Below, piece after piece: positions 63,216-64,000 of a stretch of 64,000 bases of DNA. How positions within the stretch are numbered: the stretch's first letter is position 1; every line of letters begins with the position of its first letter. The position numbers and the translations under genes were made by a program. Below the pieces are notes generated by a model. It searched no databases, was not told where the DNA came from, and worked only from the letters and a program-made list of their open reading frames with translations. This DNA is from Amphiscolops sp. MND2022 (lineage: Eukaryota): contig OZ076409.1 of assembly GCA_964187785.1 (NCBI GenBank), positions 27,592,001 through 27,656,000 on the forward strand, given 5' to 3'.

Positions 63216-64000
63216 GTTTATATGCATTCAAAACTCAGTGTTCATTTTAATTCTAATTCGTACCACAGCATCATAAACCAGTCAAAGTAAACAATGATTC
63301 AATAAATAATTAGTTATCATTACTGAGCTCTACCGTGCATAGTACGTATAAACTGCATTCAATGCAAGTTGCACACGTGAACACGTGTGTTTCATCCACG
63401 CATTTACGTGCAAATAAAATACCTTGTAGCTTCTAATTAGTACAATTGATTGATCTGTCAACAGGTTTCCTATTTTAACAAAACAATTTTAAAGCAGCCC
63501 TCATTAATAGTTGCCTAACTAATTTTAATTTTGGCCCCTGTCGTGAGCACAGTCACCGGAATGATTGGTTAACTTGTTATTTTGGTCTGGGTATTTTGAG
63601 CCAGGGTATTGGCAAGGATCTATTTTGATCCCTGTCGTGAGCAACATCAAGAAAAGTTGTAACAAATAATCTATACGAAGTTGAAACTTTATCAAACCGA
63701 AAACAGTAGTTTATGGAATACCGATCTTGAATTATTGAACTAAAAACGAAGTTTGGACCATGTGCCTTATCCTCCCTCAGATAAATACTGTTTCTTATCC
63801 AACAACACCCCCCCCATCCTTCAATTGGTCAAATGGAAAAGAGAATGAGAGAATTGATTTCAAAATTGAATTACTTTGTATCATGGTTAAGCATTAAAAG
63901 CATTGAATAAAGCCACGTGACATATACGTCACGTTACATATACGGTACATGTATGTTTTAAAAGTTTTTGAACGTGTGCAAAGCAGCGGCAAGTGGGGAT

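Overview
Repeat-rich eukaryotic DNA, probably from an animal; the organism cannot be identified from the sequence alone. About 1-49 kb holds four divergent, decaying Ty3/Gypsy LTR retrotransposons. D (~1062-3355, minus) is a 5' fragment. A (~3975-16767, plus) is 5'-truncated. B (17141-30621, minus, TSD GATGC) has lost gag and protease. C (32428-48640, plus, TSD TATAT, 16.2 kb) is structurally complete and nested in a Helentron/DINE-like repeat. The elements share an unusual layout. (1) gag starts inside the LTR and reads through the primer-binding site. (2) After pol sits an antisense gene with introns at conserved positions, encoding a zinc-finger protein that looks like a catalytically dead hAT-transposase derivative. 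(3) A second accessory ORF with a CxxC motif runs across the PPT into the 3' LTR, in a nef-like position. (4) A and C each carry their own helically phased CpG-containing motif arrays in non-coding DNA. Together these suggest a complex retrotransposon clade with its own trans-acting, possibly anti-silencing, protein and cis binding sites; that function is inference. The last ~15 kb holds non-autonomous repeats, satellites, a 95-bp hairpin and one intronless GPCR-like host ORF. Coordinates were read by eye and may be off by a few bases where marked ~.
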